From Octopus vulgaris (taxonomy: Eukaryota): 64,000 nucleotides of DNA. The notes beneath the pieces are model-generated. The model was not told the DNA's origin. It searched no databases and saw only the letters and a program-made list of their open reading frames with translations. The position numbers were made by a program, and so were the translations under genes. Positions 41,306-55,318 of this stretch are shown here, one piece after another (the stretch's first letter is position 1; every line of letters begins with the position of its first letter). The stretch spans positions 11,098,001 to 11,162,000 of the forward strand of contig OX597829.1 in assembly GCA_951406725.2 (NCBI GenBank), written 5' to 3'.

Positions 41306-41947
41306 CTATATAGATACATACACTTTTGTGTAAACGTGTGTGTGCGCGTACTGTGTGGAGGCTTAAAAATTATACTTCGACACCAGGAGGATTCGGGTTC
41401 GATCCACTTCAATTGCAACTTGTGTAAACAGAGTTTTATATAATCTTGAGTCGATCTATACCTTGTTAGTAAAATTATGACGAATACAGAAGCACGTAGA
41501 TGCCAGTAGGGTGGATTGTAACCGCGAATCAAAATGTACAGCCTTGTCCACATCGTATCACGTAGCTGTGGGTTTGCTAACCACATACACGTTAGTTCAA
41601 AGGCAGGTAATTCAGTGGACTGAACAAGAGAAATCCACTACTGTAAATAGCGATCAAAGTGTCACCTATGGACGTAAATTAACTTTGTGAAAATCAGGTT
41701 TATTGAAATGTTTTTATCCAGTCTTCAGTTTCAGAATCGCTAATAATTATAGATTCTTTCCCCAACTGGGAACGAAATTTAATCAATTTTTTTTTATATA
41801 TACACCATTCGAGGCATCACGTATTAATAGATATATATTTCGATGTGAAAACTGTCCTGATTTTATATATATGTGTGTATAAGTGAGTGTACAATAAATT
41901 CTTATATATATATATATATATGACTACTTGTATATATTTATACAAGC

Positions 41948-41993
<46 letters not shown>

Positions 41994-42133
41994 GGATGTG
42001 GACAGATATGACTACGAATATATATATATATATATATATATACTGTTGTGTCTGGGGAGAGTAATTTTCTTTCTGTGTTTTATTATGTAACACACTCATG
42101 TATATGTATGCATGTATGTACGTTTGTATATAC

Positions 42134-42185
<52 letters not shown>

Positions 42186-42309
42186 TGCGTCAGAAATTAA
42201 TTAGCACTTCTCAAATTTCTACATTAAATAGGTTAAATCAATTAACCTATGAGCTGTTCAAAACGTCTTACGCGATGAGAAAACTTAGTATATATATATA
42301 TATATATAT

Positions 42310-42515
42310 AAAGTTAATCCAAACATGAAAACACAAAGAAAAAACACAACAACGCGAGGACGTGGAACAAGTATAGTATTATTGGACGCTCAGGAAAGAA
42401 GGAAAGAAGGAGGGTCTAACGTTTCGAGCGAAGCTCTTCGTCGGAAACATAGAAAAAGGAAAGATCCAAAGAAGGGAAGACGGAGGAAAAAATCGCCAAC
42501 GTTACACACGCGGTA
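42310..42515 (-). mobile_element. HHR-bearing short repeat (intact copy of the 13170 family)
   Basis: Reverse complement GTTT-CCGACGA-A-GAGC ttc GCTC-GAAACGTT-AGAC at 42414-42448, flanked by (TA)n. Confidence 0.8.
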
Positions 42516-42722
42516 ACATTTTAAATATGTATATATATATATATTTGTGTGTGTGTAAATATATATATATATTAAATGTGACCAGAAGTTTCATGCAATG
42601 GCACTGATCAAAATGCACGAAACTTTCGGACTTCGAGTCATTCTGTTACTTCCGCTAAACATAAATAAATTTACACATACACTCATATTTTGAGTTCTAT
42701 TTCTCCTGCTTTCATAATCATA

Positions 42723-42777
<55 letters not shown>

Positions 42778-43024
42778 TCGTACATGCATATGTATGTATG
42801 TATGAATATATATATATATATAGCATACATACATATATATATGCATATATAAATATATATATATATATGCGTGTATATATGTATATATGTATATATATAT
42901 ACACATATATATGTATATATATATATATATGCATACATACATATATATATATATATATGTACATATATAAATATATATATATATATATATACATATATAT
43001 ACATATATATGTATATACATATAT

Positions 43025-43125
<101 letters not shown>

Positions 43126-43246
43126 TATATATATATAACGTTATATAATTAGGGCTTAGTACTTTAAGAAAAAGTATCCCAGATAGTGTTTGTACAAAAA
43201 TAACTCACGAAGGAAAACAGTAAAATATCACATGTACAAAGATTAT

Positions 43247-43309
43247 TTGAGAACGCTCACGTTTCTAGATCAGCCGAAATAAAACTCAGCATTTCTTTCG
43301 TCAGCTCAA
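43247..43309 (-). ncRNA. Type I hammerhead ribozyme
   Basis: Reverse complement TTGAG-CTGACGA-a-AGA..GCTGA..TCGGC..TCT-a-GAAACG tgag CGTT-CTCAA. Confidence 0.7.
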
Positions 43310-43531
43310 CATTTCTTAATTTGGATTTGAAAGCACTAAAAAAATGAACATACACGTCCGATAATGAATCACCTCAGACAAACATCTTCAAACTGCCAGT
43401 ACTAGCAAATTCAAAAAGTACAAGTGAAGATTCATGTTCTTCCCGCTTCCACCCACGTGAGTTATCTAGTAAACATACTATAACGGTGAGAACCGCAGGG
43501 TTATATATATATAAGAGCAGGGTTATATATA

Positions 43532-43603
43532 TATAACAATAATTAAGGGTTTAGCAACGAGTTGGTTAACCAACTCGTTGCTAAACCCTTAATTATTGTT
43601 ATA
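43532..43603. repeat. 72-bp perfect spacer-less palindrome
   Basis: TATAACAATAATTAAGGGTTTAGCAACGAGTTGGTT|AACCAACTCGTTGCTAAACCCTTAATTATTGTTATA. Confidence 0.97.
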
Positions 43604-44145
43604 ATTATATATAAAACTTCTTGTATAAATTTTTACCGAATATGGTTCCATTCCATGCCGAAACTACTTGGTGAAATTTATTAATTGTAAATTAATAATT
43701 TTTTACCCTATATCTATGATAATTATATATATATGTAGGTATATATATATATACCTACATATACAAACTTTCTTTTCTGGAAACGTTAGCTGTACCGATA
43801 TATATAGGTTGAATATAGTAATAATAACAATAATCCTTGGATGAAATTTGTACATAATTTATAATACATCACTACGCGCGTTTCCACAAATCACCCTCTC
43901 TTAGGATCACAGTCCGTATTCCTGAGATGATTACAGTATAGTCTGTTGTATCCATGGGCATTGGGTTGAACATCATGGATTCATCCCTCTGTTAAACATT
44001 CATTAATGTTATATCTCCTGAAGAAATGAATCCATGAAGATTATCAGCCCGATCTCCACGGATTATTGTTATTATTAGTATGTACACACACACACACATA
44101 CACACATATATACATATACACACACACATATATACATATATATAC

Positions 44146-44507
<362 letters not shown>

Positions 44508-44898
44508 ATGTACAACTATGAAAGGCAAAAGAAGAATACTTTATAAGAATTCTAAATCCGAAATTGAACCGAAAATAGCCAACATTCCATAGAATAAACA
44601 ATGGTAAAAGAATATTTATGACTAAAGCCATAAGTCCGAAAATAAGCTAGAAATAATACTACCACAAAAATAGCAACTTCCTCTTTAAACGCTCACGCGC
44701 TAGAAAAATACTTCTTCCCCAAAAATGTCAGTAACATCCTTATAAAAGTTTTCATAACATCTTTTTAAAGAATAATTTTTTTTCTTAAAAATCACCTCTA
44801 CATTTCAAAAACTCTATTAAGCAATCCTCACATACTTCCATGTATATATATATATATATATATATGAGTGTGTGTGTGTATGTATGTATGTATGTATA

Positions 44899-45107
44899 CA
44901 GTTTATCCCTCGACTATCGCGGGTGTTACGTTCCAACTCCACACCCCCGCGATAGAGGAAAATCCGCGATGTAGAAACAGAACTGTACTGTATATTTTTT
45001 TATTAATTTTAAAAATTGTATATATTTTATTATATATGAAAAACAACACCACGAAGGAATCGACGCAATCCGCGATAGATGAACCGCGATATGGCGAGGG
45101 ATTACTG
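44899..45107. mobile_element. Tigger/pogo-like MITE
   Basis: TA-CAGTTTATCCCTCGACTATCGCGG ... CCGCGATATGGCGAGGGATTACTG-TA. Confidence 0.85.
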
Positions 45108-45645
45108 TATATGTTGGTGTGCATGGGTGTATGTGCGTGTTATGCTTTATAACAGTGCGCAATTTGGAAGTATTCTCATTAATGGAAGACACAAGACAGA
45201 AGACAATTTTTCCCACCGAACTGTTAATCTTTAACGAAAGTTACATCGGGACGATTGTTAATCAAATCAGAACGAATCTGATTATTTGATTCTGACATTA
45301 TTTGATTCTGTCTCTAGACGCTTTGTGTCTATGTACGATATATATATTTATATATATATATATATATATATATGAATAGAGAGAGAAAGACAAAGTATAT
45401 GTGAGTTTCTGTGTACGTAGGTAAACACACACATGTATATATGTATGTGTATGCATGTGTGTGTATGTATATATATATAAATTCAAGGCGGTGCTCCAGC
45501 ATGGCCACAGTCTGATAAAGGATAAAAGACATATGTGTGTGTGTGTGTGCATTATGTGTGTATGTGTGTGTGTGTTTAGCTAGATTGACCCTCATACAGG
45601 CAAGAATTGATATACATCCCTCTGTTCCTCATCCACTAATGCAGT

Positions 45646-45774
45646 ATCGCCTGATGAAATGAATCAATGATGATGATCAACCGGATGCCCATGGATAATA
45701 CGGACTATACTGTACTCATCCCATAGAAACTCTGGTGTTAAAATCATGCAATTTGTGGAAATGATCATAGCGAT
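45646..45774 (+). ncRNA. Hammerhead motif with ~100-nt stem II
   Basis: ATCGC-CTGATGA-A-ATGAAT...ATTTGT-G-GAAATGATCATA-GCGAT. An inverted sibling at ~43820-43985 carries GAAACGCGCGTA. Confidence 0.6.
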
Positions 45775-45944
45775 GTATTAAATATTTATATGTTCCATCC
45801 GCGAATTATTGTTATTATTATCATTATTATTGTTGTTATTGTTGTTTTTGTTGTTGTTATATATTCAATATTAAGGATTCAGGAGAGAATTGAATTAATT
45901 TGTAAACACCGCCTTTAGTTGAATAAATATGCTAGGTACTAAAC

Positions 45945-46156
45945 TATACCCAGTGAAATATTCAGGCTATGCTTACAAAAAATTTAACCGCTTCGAGAAC
46001 TTAACGCCTAAGGGCTGGTCCAAAGCGCAGGTTTGTATTGGTAGTAAGGTGTTTGGTATACTCCCATGGGTTGGGGATCCCTTTCGGCGATATAAAAGCA
46101 AATAAATAAAGAAACTATGGGTAACTATCCATTTAGGCATCGTCTTTATTTATTTG

Positions 46157-46195
<39 letters not shown>

Positions 46196-46333
46196 GAGTA
46201 TACCAAACACATGGGAGTATACCAAACACCTTACTACCAATACAACCTGCGCTTTGGACCAGCCCTTAGGCGTTAAGTTCTCGAAGCGGTTAAATTCTTT
46301 GTAAGCGTAGCCTGAATATTTCACTGGGTATAT
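45945..46333. repeat. ~125-bp inverted repeat around a (TA)n-containing spacer
   Basis: 45945-46068 versus 46210-46333, with few mismatches. Confidence 0.92.
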
Positions 46334-46711
46334 ACATTTATTTATGTCTGTGTGGGTGTGTATATATGTGTATGTGTATATATTGAGTATTATATGTATG
46401 TACATGTATGTATGTGTGTGCATATGTGTATGTGTGTATGTGTGTGTATATATAGTTATATAGTATCGAATAAATATTATTATCAAACTAGAAACTTAAA
46501 ACTTAATAATTATAATTATATCAAAATCGATTATAATGTTAAATATTAATTTTAATTTATAAGGTAAGAAACCCACCAATAATCTAATATCGGTAATAGT
46601 CTATATCTAATTACATAAATATAAAAAAAAACAAATGACTATTATATATAAATTATCAATGAAAATATATAAACGTATATAAATATTATAATTACGATCT
46701 ATATATGACAG

Positions 46712-47012
46712 CTTAGGCAAGTGTCTTCTACTATAGCCTCGGGCGACCAAAAACTTTGTGAGTGAATTTAGTAGACGGAAACTGAAAGAAGCCTGCCAAA
46801 TACATGTGTTTGTGTGTTCGTGTGTCTGTGCTTGTCCTCCCACTATCGCTTAACAACCGATGTTGGTGTGTTTATATCCCCATAACTTAGCGGTTCGGTA
46901 AAAGAGACCTATAGAATAAGTACTAGGCTTACAAAGAATAGGTCCTGGGGGCGATTTGTTCGACTTAAGGCGTTGCTCCAGCATGACTGCAGTCAAATGA
47001 CTGAAACAAATA
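46712..47012 (+). mobile_element. SINE family B (5' truncated)
   Basis: Homologous to 33206-33631. Confidence 0.85.
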
Positions 47013-47048
47013 AAATAATTAAATGATATATCATCATTATCATTATTA

Positions 47049-47118
<70 letters not shown>

Positions 47119-47236
47119 ATAACAAAATGAATGATTTATATTGGAGCTTACTGGCAAAGCACGGTCACTTTCATAGTGTTCGTAAGGTATTTGGTTAATG
47201 AGAGGCGGAAAATGGAAGATACGGGAATTTTTATTA

Positions 47237-47342
47237 ATCCCTACAATTGTTTCGACTCATCTAACATCGATCCCCCACAGATGGGAAATTTCACAACTGG
47301 TTCAGGAGCATCCAACGGTGTAGATGTGTCTCTTCAGGTGAT
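47237..47342 (-). ncRNA. Hammerhead ribozyme with extended stem II
   Basis: Reverse complement ATCAC-CTGAAGA-GACaCATCTA...TAGATGaGTC-GAAACAATTGTA-GGGAT, with palindrome ACAATTGT. Confidence 0.7.
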
Positions 47343-48095
47343 AAATAGATATAACTCGTTAAAACAACAGTTCTGCAATGTATCTTCTCATTTCGTGTAA
47401 AGATAAGCAGCAAATAAAAGGTTATAGCTTCATCTATATAGAAGATAAATAATAAAAAATAACAGATGCAAAAAAGAAACGAACAGGCAATGCAGCGAAA
47501 AAAGTATCAAATATAACCTTTAACAAATATGGATATATAAACGCCCTTGTGTAGATTGATGGCGCATGTGCACTCGCACATACAAGCTTCCACGAAGATG
47601 TAAGCATACGCACACATGTGGTTTGGCGCAATTACGTTCACATAGCGGCTTATAAGAATGGGGAAGTTAAAGCTAAATTTAATTCAGCCAATTTATTCAG
47701 CTATTAAGGTGAATTATTTTAGCAGTTACTCAAATTCATGCCCTCTGCATTGTGCAAAAGTGCATTTATATGCATATAAGCAACTTGAGAGTCTTTCAGA
47801 AATTCTATTAATGACCTTCTCATTGGTCCGCAGAACAGACAGGGATTCCTCAAAGCAGAATTGACATCTCCTGGAAATGATATTATATGGTTTTTCCGTG
47901 CCTTACTATGGACCAAGTTATGTTATACTTAATTTTATCTTAATTTTATCCAAAGATGTTGAATGTCTCTTATTGATTTTCTTGAATGTGTGTATATGTA
48001 TGTGTATGTACGTATGTATGTGTGTACGCACGTATGTATGTATTCTCACACATAATTATGTATAAAATATAATATAATATAATATAATATATATA

Positions 48096-48131
<36 letters not shown>

Positions 48132-48256
48132 TGTATGTATGTATGTATGTATGTATGTATGTATGTATGTATGTATGTATAGGCAAGCATGTATATTATA
48201 TTATATTAAATATGTGTGTATGTGTATATATATATATGTATATGTATGTATATATG

Positions 48257-48297
<41 letters not shown>

Positions 48298-49454
48298 GTG
48301 TATGTATATGTACATATATGTATAAATATATATACAAGTGGATGCGTGTGTATATATGCATATATATGTATGAATGCATGCATGTGTGAATGTGTGTGTG
48401 TCTGTGTGACTGTGTGTGAAGGTGTGTGCAAGTGCCTGCATGTGTGTCTGTGTGTGCAGGTGTGCGTGTTAGTGTGTGTCTGTGTGCAGGTGTCTGTGTG
48501 AGTGTGTGTGTGTGTGTGTGTGTGTTTGTGTAAACTCTGAAAAATATCTGCGGTCTTCTTTTGGTGGCATGGAAACAGCAACAGAAACACATGTGAATAG
48601 GTGTGCCCATGTTATTACACTTTCCCAATACCATGAAAATCTCAACTGAAAACGAAAATCGCGCGCACAACTCTTCGAATGAGAAGAAAATGAATAATGT
48701 CTAGAATATCTTGTAAAAGACCTCCCCACCACATCACAGCAGACACTTTAGTTTATTTTAGGCTTATTTTAAAGGTTCCTGATATTTTAACTGTCAATTG
48801 GCTTCATTTAATTTTTGTTTGTATATGTGTATGTGTTTGTAAGTGAGTGAGAGAGAGAGAGGGGGGAGAGAGGGATAGAGAAGTAGTTGGGGAGATGGAT
48901 GACTATTCTTCATTTGAGACTAAGAATCCTTATCTTCGTCTCACACCAAAAATGAAATCACGGAGGAAATAGAAAGCAACCAGCGTTTCGGAAATAGCGT
49001 AACTGTAACTAACATCTACCGCACATTAACCTTAATCCAACCACATTTGAGTTGGAGCATGTTATTCTATACATAGCTATCTCACATAACTATCTCAAAA
49101 TTCTTTGTGGAAATCAACCAGAGAAGAAAATGAATTAATAAATCAAAATGCTAAACACCGTATATCCCGTATTCCTCTCCAGAGACCTAACAGTGGGTCG
49201 AGACTTTCCCCATTTTCTTTTCCTAAACTCTGTTTATCTATAAGGTGAATAGCAGACAGATCTCATTCTTCATAGATCACTAGTCTATCATAAGTTTTAG
49301 TCGGCGAAAACTAATTGGCGCTTTTATTAAGCTAGTCTGTCTGAGCCTTGGGCATATAGATTGGTATATCTTAACTCATGAGATGCGCGTCAACTTCCCG
49401 TTTTTTTTTAAAAAGGGAAAAGCAGATATGTGTGGGTGTATCTATATCTTTCAT

Positions 49455-49855
<401 letters not shown>

Positions 49856-49857
49856 CA

Positions 49858-50018
49858 GGCGTGGCCGTGTGGTGAGAAGTTAGATTTCCAATCACATGGT
49901 TCTAGGTTCAGTTCCACTGCGTGCATCTGCCATAAGTGACTTCTGAAAATAGCCTCGGGTCGACCAGATCCTTGTGAGTGGAATTCGTAGACGGGAACTG
50001 AAAGAAGCCTGTCGTATG
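49858..50018 (+). mobile_element. SINE family B, 5' half
   Basis: Homologous head and CORE-like segment. Confidence 0.8.
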
Positions 50019-50061
50019 TATATGTGCGTGCATGTGTGCATGTGTGTGTGTATGTAATGCT

Positions 50062-50112
<51 letters not shown>

Positions 50113-50289
50113 AAAATAATTAAAGGGCGGGCAACAGGCTGCTTCGCCGCATACCGAAGGAATTAGAAATGGCAGTCAAAGACTGTTTTTTCCATTTTCT
50201 ACAAGTGGAGGTTCCATATACGACAAACCCTGCGATTCACATACGCAAAATCGGAGTAGTAAATAAACGAAAACAATCTCTTACCGTCA

Positions 50290-50350
50290 ATGGTGAATAT
50301 GTTTCTAGATCACAGACTGGAAATTGCCTGATTTCCTTCGTCAACACCAT
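50290..50350 (-). ncRNA. Hammerhead motif, UUGACGA core
   Basis: Reverse complement ATGGTG-TTGACGA-A-GGA...TCT-A-GAAACATATT-CACCAT, with a perfect 6-bp stem I. Confidence 0.65.
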
Positions 50351-50573
50351 ATTCGATAGATTTACCAAATGCCACAAGCCTTCACCTCTGACCAAGCGCC
50401 ATCAGATAGTGGGGGGAGGTGTGCAGATGTTAAAACTAAGTAATGGCTGGGACCGTAAATCTTCCCTCCAAAATTCTGCTATGCGCGCCGCCTGGGTGAT
50501 CGCAATGGAATAAGGAATCCACATGGTAACACAATAAAAATGGTAAATAATTTTTCATATATATACATATATA

Positions 50574-51348
50574 ATGATGTCAGATCAATAAGTATCCGGA
50601 CTGTTGCCATTGTAATGAATCTAAAACATGAAGAGTGAAGCCGATTAGCAAAGATTGACCATGAACTCTGTTATGCATGTGCAATAAGTTTTAACGTTTT
50701 AGCTCACTTCCGCTGTTTACAGCAGTGCTTTGAAGGAAGATGTGTAACGTGTGATCGTCACATTGACCATGACAAAGAAAGTTTTCATGGCGGCACCTAT
50801 TCAGAGCCCAACGGAAAATAGCAAAAAGTGTGTGGAGAGGAGTGTGTGAGCTGCACACAAGAAAAACATCGCAGATGTGCGTGAAGCTGTGAGGGAAAAT
50901 TTGTCGAATTACCATCAGTGAATTATCAGAGGATGTGCAGCTTAGTTACAGTTCAGTTCAGTCCATTATCACTGAAGATTTGGGTGAGACGCGTGTCTAC
51001 CAAGTTTGTGCAAAAACTGTTTTTGGCTGACGAAAAAGACACTCGGGTTTCAGTTGTACAAGATCTAATTGAAAACTTTGCATAGGCCTCTGACCGGACA
51101 TCGCTAAGCTTTTGGCAAAATTTGATGCAGATTCTCAACTTAACTTTCTCTGTCATGGTCAATGCGACGATCACACGCTACACACCTCCTTCCAAGCTCC
51201 GCTCTAAGCAGCGGAAGTAAGCTAGAACGTTAAAACTTATGCACATGCACAGCAGAGTTCAAGGTCAATCTGCACCAAGTGGGATTACTCTGCGTGCTTT
51301 AGCTTCGTTACTATATCAACAGTCCGGATGCTTATTGATCATACCACG
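50574..51348. mobile_element. Mariner-derived fold-back element with ~200-bp inverted ends
   Basis: GATCAATAAGTATCCGGACTG / CAGTCCGGATGCTTATTGATC, with internal transposase remnants on both strands (RICIKFCQKL; CRITISELSEDV). Confidence 0.85.
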
Positions 51349-51748
51349 TATAAATATATGTATAAATACATGTGTGTGTGTGTGTATAAATATACAATGT
51401 GAGAGAGGGTTGAACACTTGATGTAAATATAATGTCCTGGTTATCTAATGAGGGAGCTTTCTATAGCTGAATTATGTTGTGAAAATATTGTTGTATTGTA
51501 TAATATTGAGCATATATATATTACTGCGAACATGTGCGTACAGACAGACAGACGGTTGGACGGACATACAGACAGATACATAAATGCATTTATGCGTTTA
51601 ATACTTATTTTTGAGGCTGAAACATACATACACACATATATACATACATACATGCATACATGCATGCATAGATACATACGTACATACATTCATACATAAA
51701 TTCATACATACATACAAGGAATGGCTGTGTGGTAAGAAGCTTGCTTCC

Positions 51749-53472
51749 ACTGCGCATGTGCGAATAATTGTGGTGTTCGGCACCAAAGAGGTGAGAGATG
51801 CTTTTGAAGCCGTCTCGAATTGAAAAATTTTGAAGCTCCATTGTAAGGTAAGATTGTGTTTTTTGGGTTCAGTGGGAATTTTTGTTGAGAATTGCTTTTG
51901 TACAGGCAGGAAGTCCTACTGGATTCAGAATTCTGGTTCTGCCTACATGGGGCAAATACTTTTTCTCGATGAATTGTGAGAATTTTTGTTTGGGGGCCTA
52001 TTCGTCTTCGGTTTATGTTGAGTGAATATTTTTCTCACTTAATTATGAGAATTATTGCTTGTATTGTGCCTTTTGAAGAACTTTAATAATTGTGAGAACT
52101 GCTGTTTGGAGGAGTGTCTTTGCCTCCGAAGATTGAACAATTTGTATATCAATTTTTGTGGAAGTTGTGTTTCAGTTGTGGCGTTCCGGGTTCAACCTAG
52201 GCCGGGAGTACCGAATGACCGGAAGATTTTTTTTGCCGTGTTCCTGAACTATTGACTTACTTCTAAACTTTATTTGACTTTCTTCTTTTTGTTTATTGTG
52301 ACTTTCTTTTGATTTCTTGTTTCTTCTCGCTTTTTAAGTTTTATTTTGAATCTATTTAAAAAAAAAGCAACATGGCAATGAAAAAAGACAAACTTTTGGA
52401 GTGGGAGATTATACCGCCCAAAAAGTGGTTGAAAGACCGTGAAGATAGGACAGTAGTGTTGGGAACCTACTCCAAGTCACTCGACACCATCGCCCTATTC
52501 GAAAAGACGGCAATTGAAAAGGAGTTGGCAGAGTATTTGCCAACAATTAAATTCATTTCCAAGGGTGTCAGATATGCAACGGTGTGGTTGCTATTTGATA
52601 CCCCTGAAGAGGCTCGCAAATTTGCTAGTCAACCCTTGGAAGGTGAGGAAATTTTGTTCCTTCCTACGTATTATGGGAGGAGGTTGACGAAAGCTTGGGC
52701 CTGCGGGTTGCCACTCGGGATAAAACCCGAGTGGATAGAGGAGACTATCCGCCGGGGTCTGGGTGGCAGCGGGACCAAGCTTCTTAATGTAAAAGTTCTT
52801 CCTGCGGCTGATTGGGTTGAGTCAAAAGCTGTTTTGACCCTTTGGACCCAATCAAACAATCTGGTTTTTCCAGATTTTTTGAAAATGGCCGGGTGCAGGT
52901 ACCCGGTGATACTTGAGGGTCTCCCCGCCCCAGGTGTCATCGGTGCCTGGAGTCCGGCCATATAAAGAAAAACTGTCCCCGGGAACAAAATAAGGTCCCG
53001 GAGCAGTTGAGTGAGACCTCTGTAGAAGAGGGAATGAAGGCGGCCGTGGAAGTGGAGGACTCCTCAAACAGGGGCCGAAAGAGGAAGAAGGTGAGCAACA
53101 ATGGGTGCTCACCGAAGGATCCTAGGGATGAGGAGGGGAAGGCGAATCTTCCGGCCACGGAGAATACGCACCCTCGGAACTTGATTCGATTTTGAAAGAG
53201 GCGTGGAGGATGGTAGAGGATGCGGGCACAAGTTATTTTGAGGGTGAGTTATAAATTGTGACACTGTGTGACACAAACATTTGATAATAGGCACTTCGCT
53301 TTCTTTCTGAACTCCCGGCTGTCAACGTGGTCTGCTCTGCCGAGGCGGCTAGATATTTGACTGGGGATCCGGAAAGAGGAGGAAGGGAAAAGTGATAATT
53401 TATGTTTGATGTTTGATTGACTTGTTGATTTTTATGTAAGTGTAAGGTCTCCATGGCTAATTTGATAAAATA
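51749..53472 (+). mobile_element. ORF1-only L1/Tx1-like retroelement (HAL1-like)
   Basis: 15-bp TSD AAGAAGCTTGCTTCC (51734-51748 / 53473-53487), long 5' UTR, gag-like ORF, 3' AATAAA; no RT or endonuclease. Confidence 0.75.
52372..53195 (+). pseudogene. L1/Tx1-type ORF1 nucleic-acid-binding protein, frameshifted
   Basis: 197-aa ORF with an RRM-like segment (VWLLFDTPEEARKF) and YPVILEG. After a frameshift comes the CCHC knuckle CHRCLESGHIKKNC, then basic RGRKRKK. Confidence 0.75.
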
Positions 53473-53487
53473 AAGAAGCTTGCTTCC

Positions 53488-53980
53488 CGGAGGGAGGAGC
53501 CCATGCCCTGGACAGGGGACGCGGAGTGGCCTTCGCAGGTGACTACGAAGATCATATCGGATGTTGCTATGGTGAGGGTAATGAACACCTTCTCAAAGGG
53601 CATGTTTAGATACGCCTTGAGGGGCTCCGACCTATAGCTGGCGCATTGCCTAAGGGAAGTGTAAGCCAGGTCTGGGAGGTGGGGCTTTGTGTATTGTATT
53701 TATATATATTATATGTAATTATTGAACTATGTTGTTGTTTGTCATGGACTGTTGAGTCCAAAAATTGAAAAGTTGTAAAAGTTGTAAGAGGTTTAATACC
53801 TCGTTTTGTGTTTGGTTTTAAAGAACAATGTTTTAGAGAAGCAGAAGTCAGCGGGCGCTTTTTGTCTTCTCCCATCCTTATCATCTTTCTTTCATTATCA
53901 TTCATTTCATTAATGTTTTTGTCCAGCCTGCAAAGCTACTATATTCTATGTACTGCCTTTATGGCAAATGTAATGAAATA
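53488..53980 (+). mobile_element. Second, probably 5'-truncated retroelement at the same SINE site
   Basis: Bounded by AAGAAGCTTGCTTCC and AAGAAGCTTGTTTC. Its 3' end CTTTATGGCAAA...AATAAA resembles CTCCATGGCTAA...AATAAA of the first element. Confidence 0.7.
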
Positions 53981-54135
53981 AAGAAGCTTGTTTCACCAAA
54001 ACATGGTCCTGGGTTCAGTCTCACTGCATGGCACCTTGAGCAAGTGACACCTAGACTAGCCACGGGCTGACCAAAGCCTTGTGAATGGATTTGTTAGACG
54101 GAAACTGAAAGAAACCCGTCATATATATATATATA

Positions 54136-54191
<56 letters not shown>

Positions 54192-54303
54192 ATATGGGAT
54201 AAAACATTTTTTCATAAATTTTTTTTATCTAAAGTGGCATATAAAGTCTATTCTTAGCATATTGGCATAGAAATAATTTTTCTTTTTCCCTTTTTTTATA
54301 AGT

Positions 54304-54354
<51 letters not shown>

Positions 54355-54557
54355 GTCGTCATAAGACTTTTATGAACTTCTGAGTGAAATAGTTCGTTTA
54401 TGCATTAATGGTGTTCGAAGCACATCACTCAGAGCTATACAAAATAGCATGGAAATATTGGGTTGAAAAATCATTTTTGGATAGATGTCGAAGGTACTCT
54501 CATATTCACATGCTCTTCTTTATAGCTGTATATGATGCCATTATTCCAAACATCAGT

Positions 54558-54940
54558 GGAGGCGCAATGGCCCAGTGGTTAGGGCAGCGGACTCGCGGTC
54601 ATAGGATCGCGGTTTCGATTCCCAGACCGGGCGTTGTGAGTGTTTATTGAGTGAAAACACCTAAAGCTCCACGAGGCTCCGGCAGGGGATGGTGGTGATC
54701 CCTGCTGTACTCTTTCACCACAACTTTCTCTCACTCTTACTTCCTGTTTCTGTTGTACCTGTATTTCAAAGGGCCGGCCTTGTCACTCTCTGTGTCACGC
54801 TGAATATCCCCGAGAACTACGTTAAGGGTACACGTGTCTGTGGAGTGCTCAGCCACTTACACGTTAATTTCACGAGCAGGCTGTTCCGTTGATTCGGATC
54901 AACCGGAACCCTCGTCGTCGTAACCGACGGAGTGCTTCCA
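54558..54940 (+). mobile_element. tRNA-headed SINE family C
   Basis: GGAGGCGCAATGGCCCAGTGGTTAGGGCAGCGG...GGTTTCGATTCCC head followed by ~300 bp of non-tRNA body. CATTATTCCAAACAT and CCATTCCAAACAT flank it (possible TSD). Confidence 0.8.
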
Positions 54941-55075
54941 TCCATTCCAAACATTACTTGCGTGTGCATGTATGCGTATACGTGTTTATGTATGTATGTG
55001 CATGTACATATGTATGTATATATCTACGTATACATATGTGCATGTATGTATATGTGTACGTTCGCATGTATGAGC

Positions 55076-55116
<41 letters not shown>

Positions 55117-55274
55117 GCAAGATTTTTTATGTGAAGTCGTGTGTTGAAACAGATATTGTTATATTTCGGAATGGTCATTTTGCCAGTTTAGCCAATAAAA
55201 ACATACGCACCATATATTTGGTGTTACTTTGCTTCAGCGTTATTTATTTTTTACATTAATCTTAATCTTATTTC

Positions 55275-55318
55275 GGCCAGAGTTCTTTCGTCACACTCCT
55301 GTGACCGCATCAGTGGTC
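55275..55318 (-). ncRNA. Hammerhead-like motif (CUGAUGC core)
   Basis: Reverse complement GACCA-CTGATGC-G-GTCACA ggag TGTGAC-GAAA-GAAC-TC-TGGCC, inside the fold-back 55155-55883. Confidence 0.5.

Larger units (their letters stand above)
51716..54121 (+). mobile_element. SINE family B copy split by two insertions
   Basis: Head at 51716-51748; the body resumes at 53981 (AAGAAGCTTGTTTC...GGGTTCAGTCTCACTGC...GGAAACTGAAAGAA). Confidence 0.88.

Noticed and set aside
53620-53690. Twister-like ribozyme
   Set aside because: The hairpin can fold, but the twister consensus and pseudoknots were not found.
54558-54630. tRNA gene
   Set aside because: The acceptor stem is not closed and the sequence continues into a SINE body.
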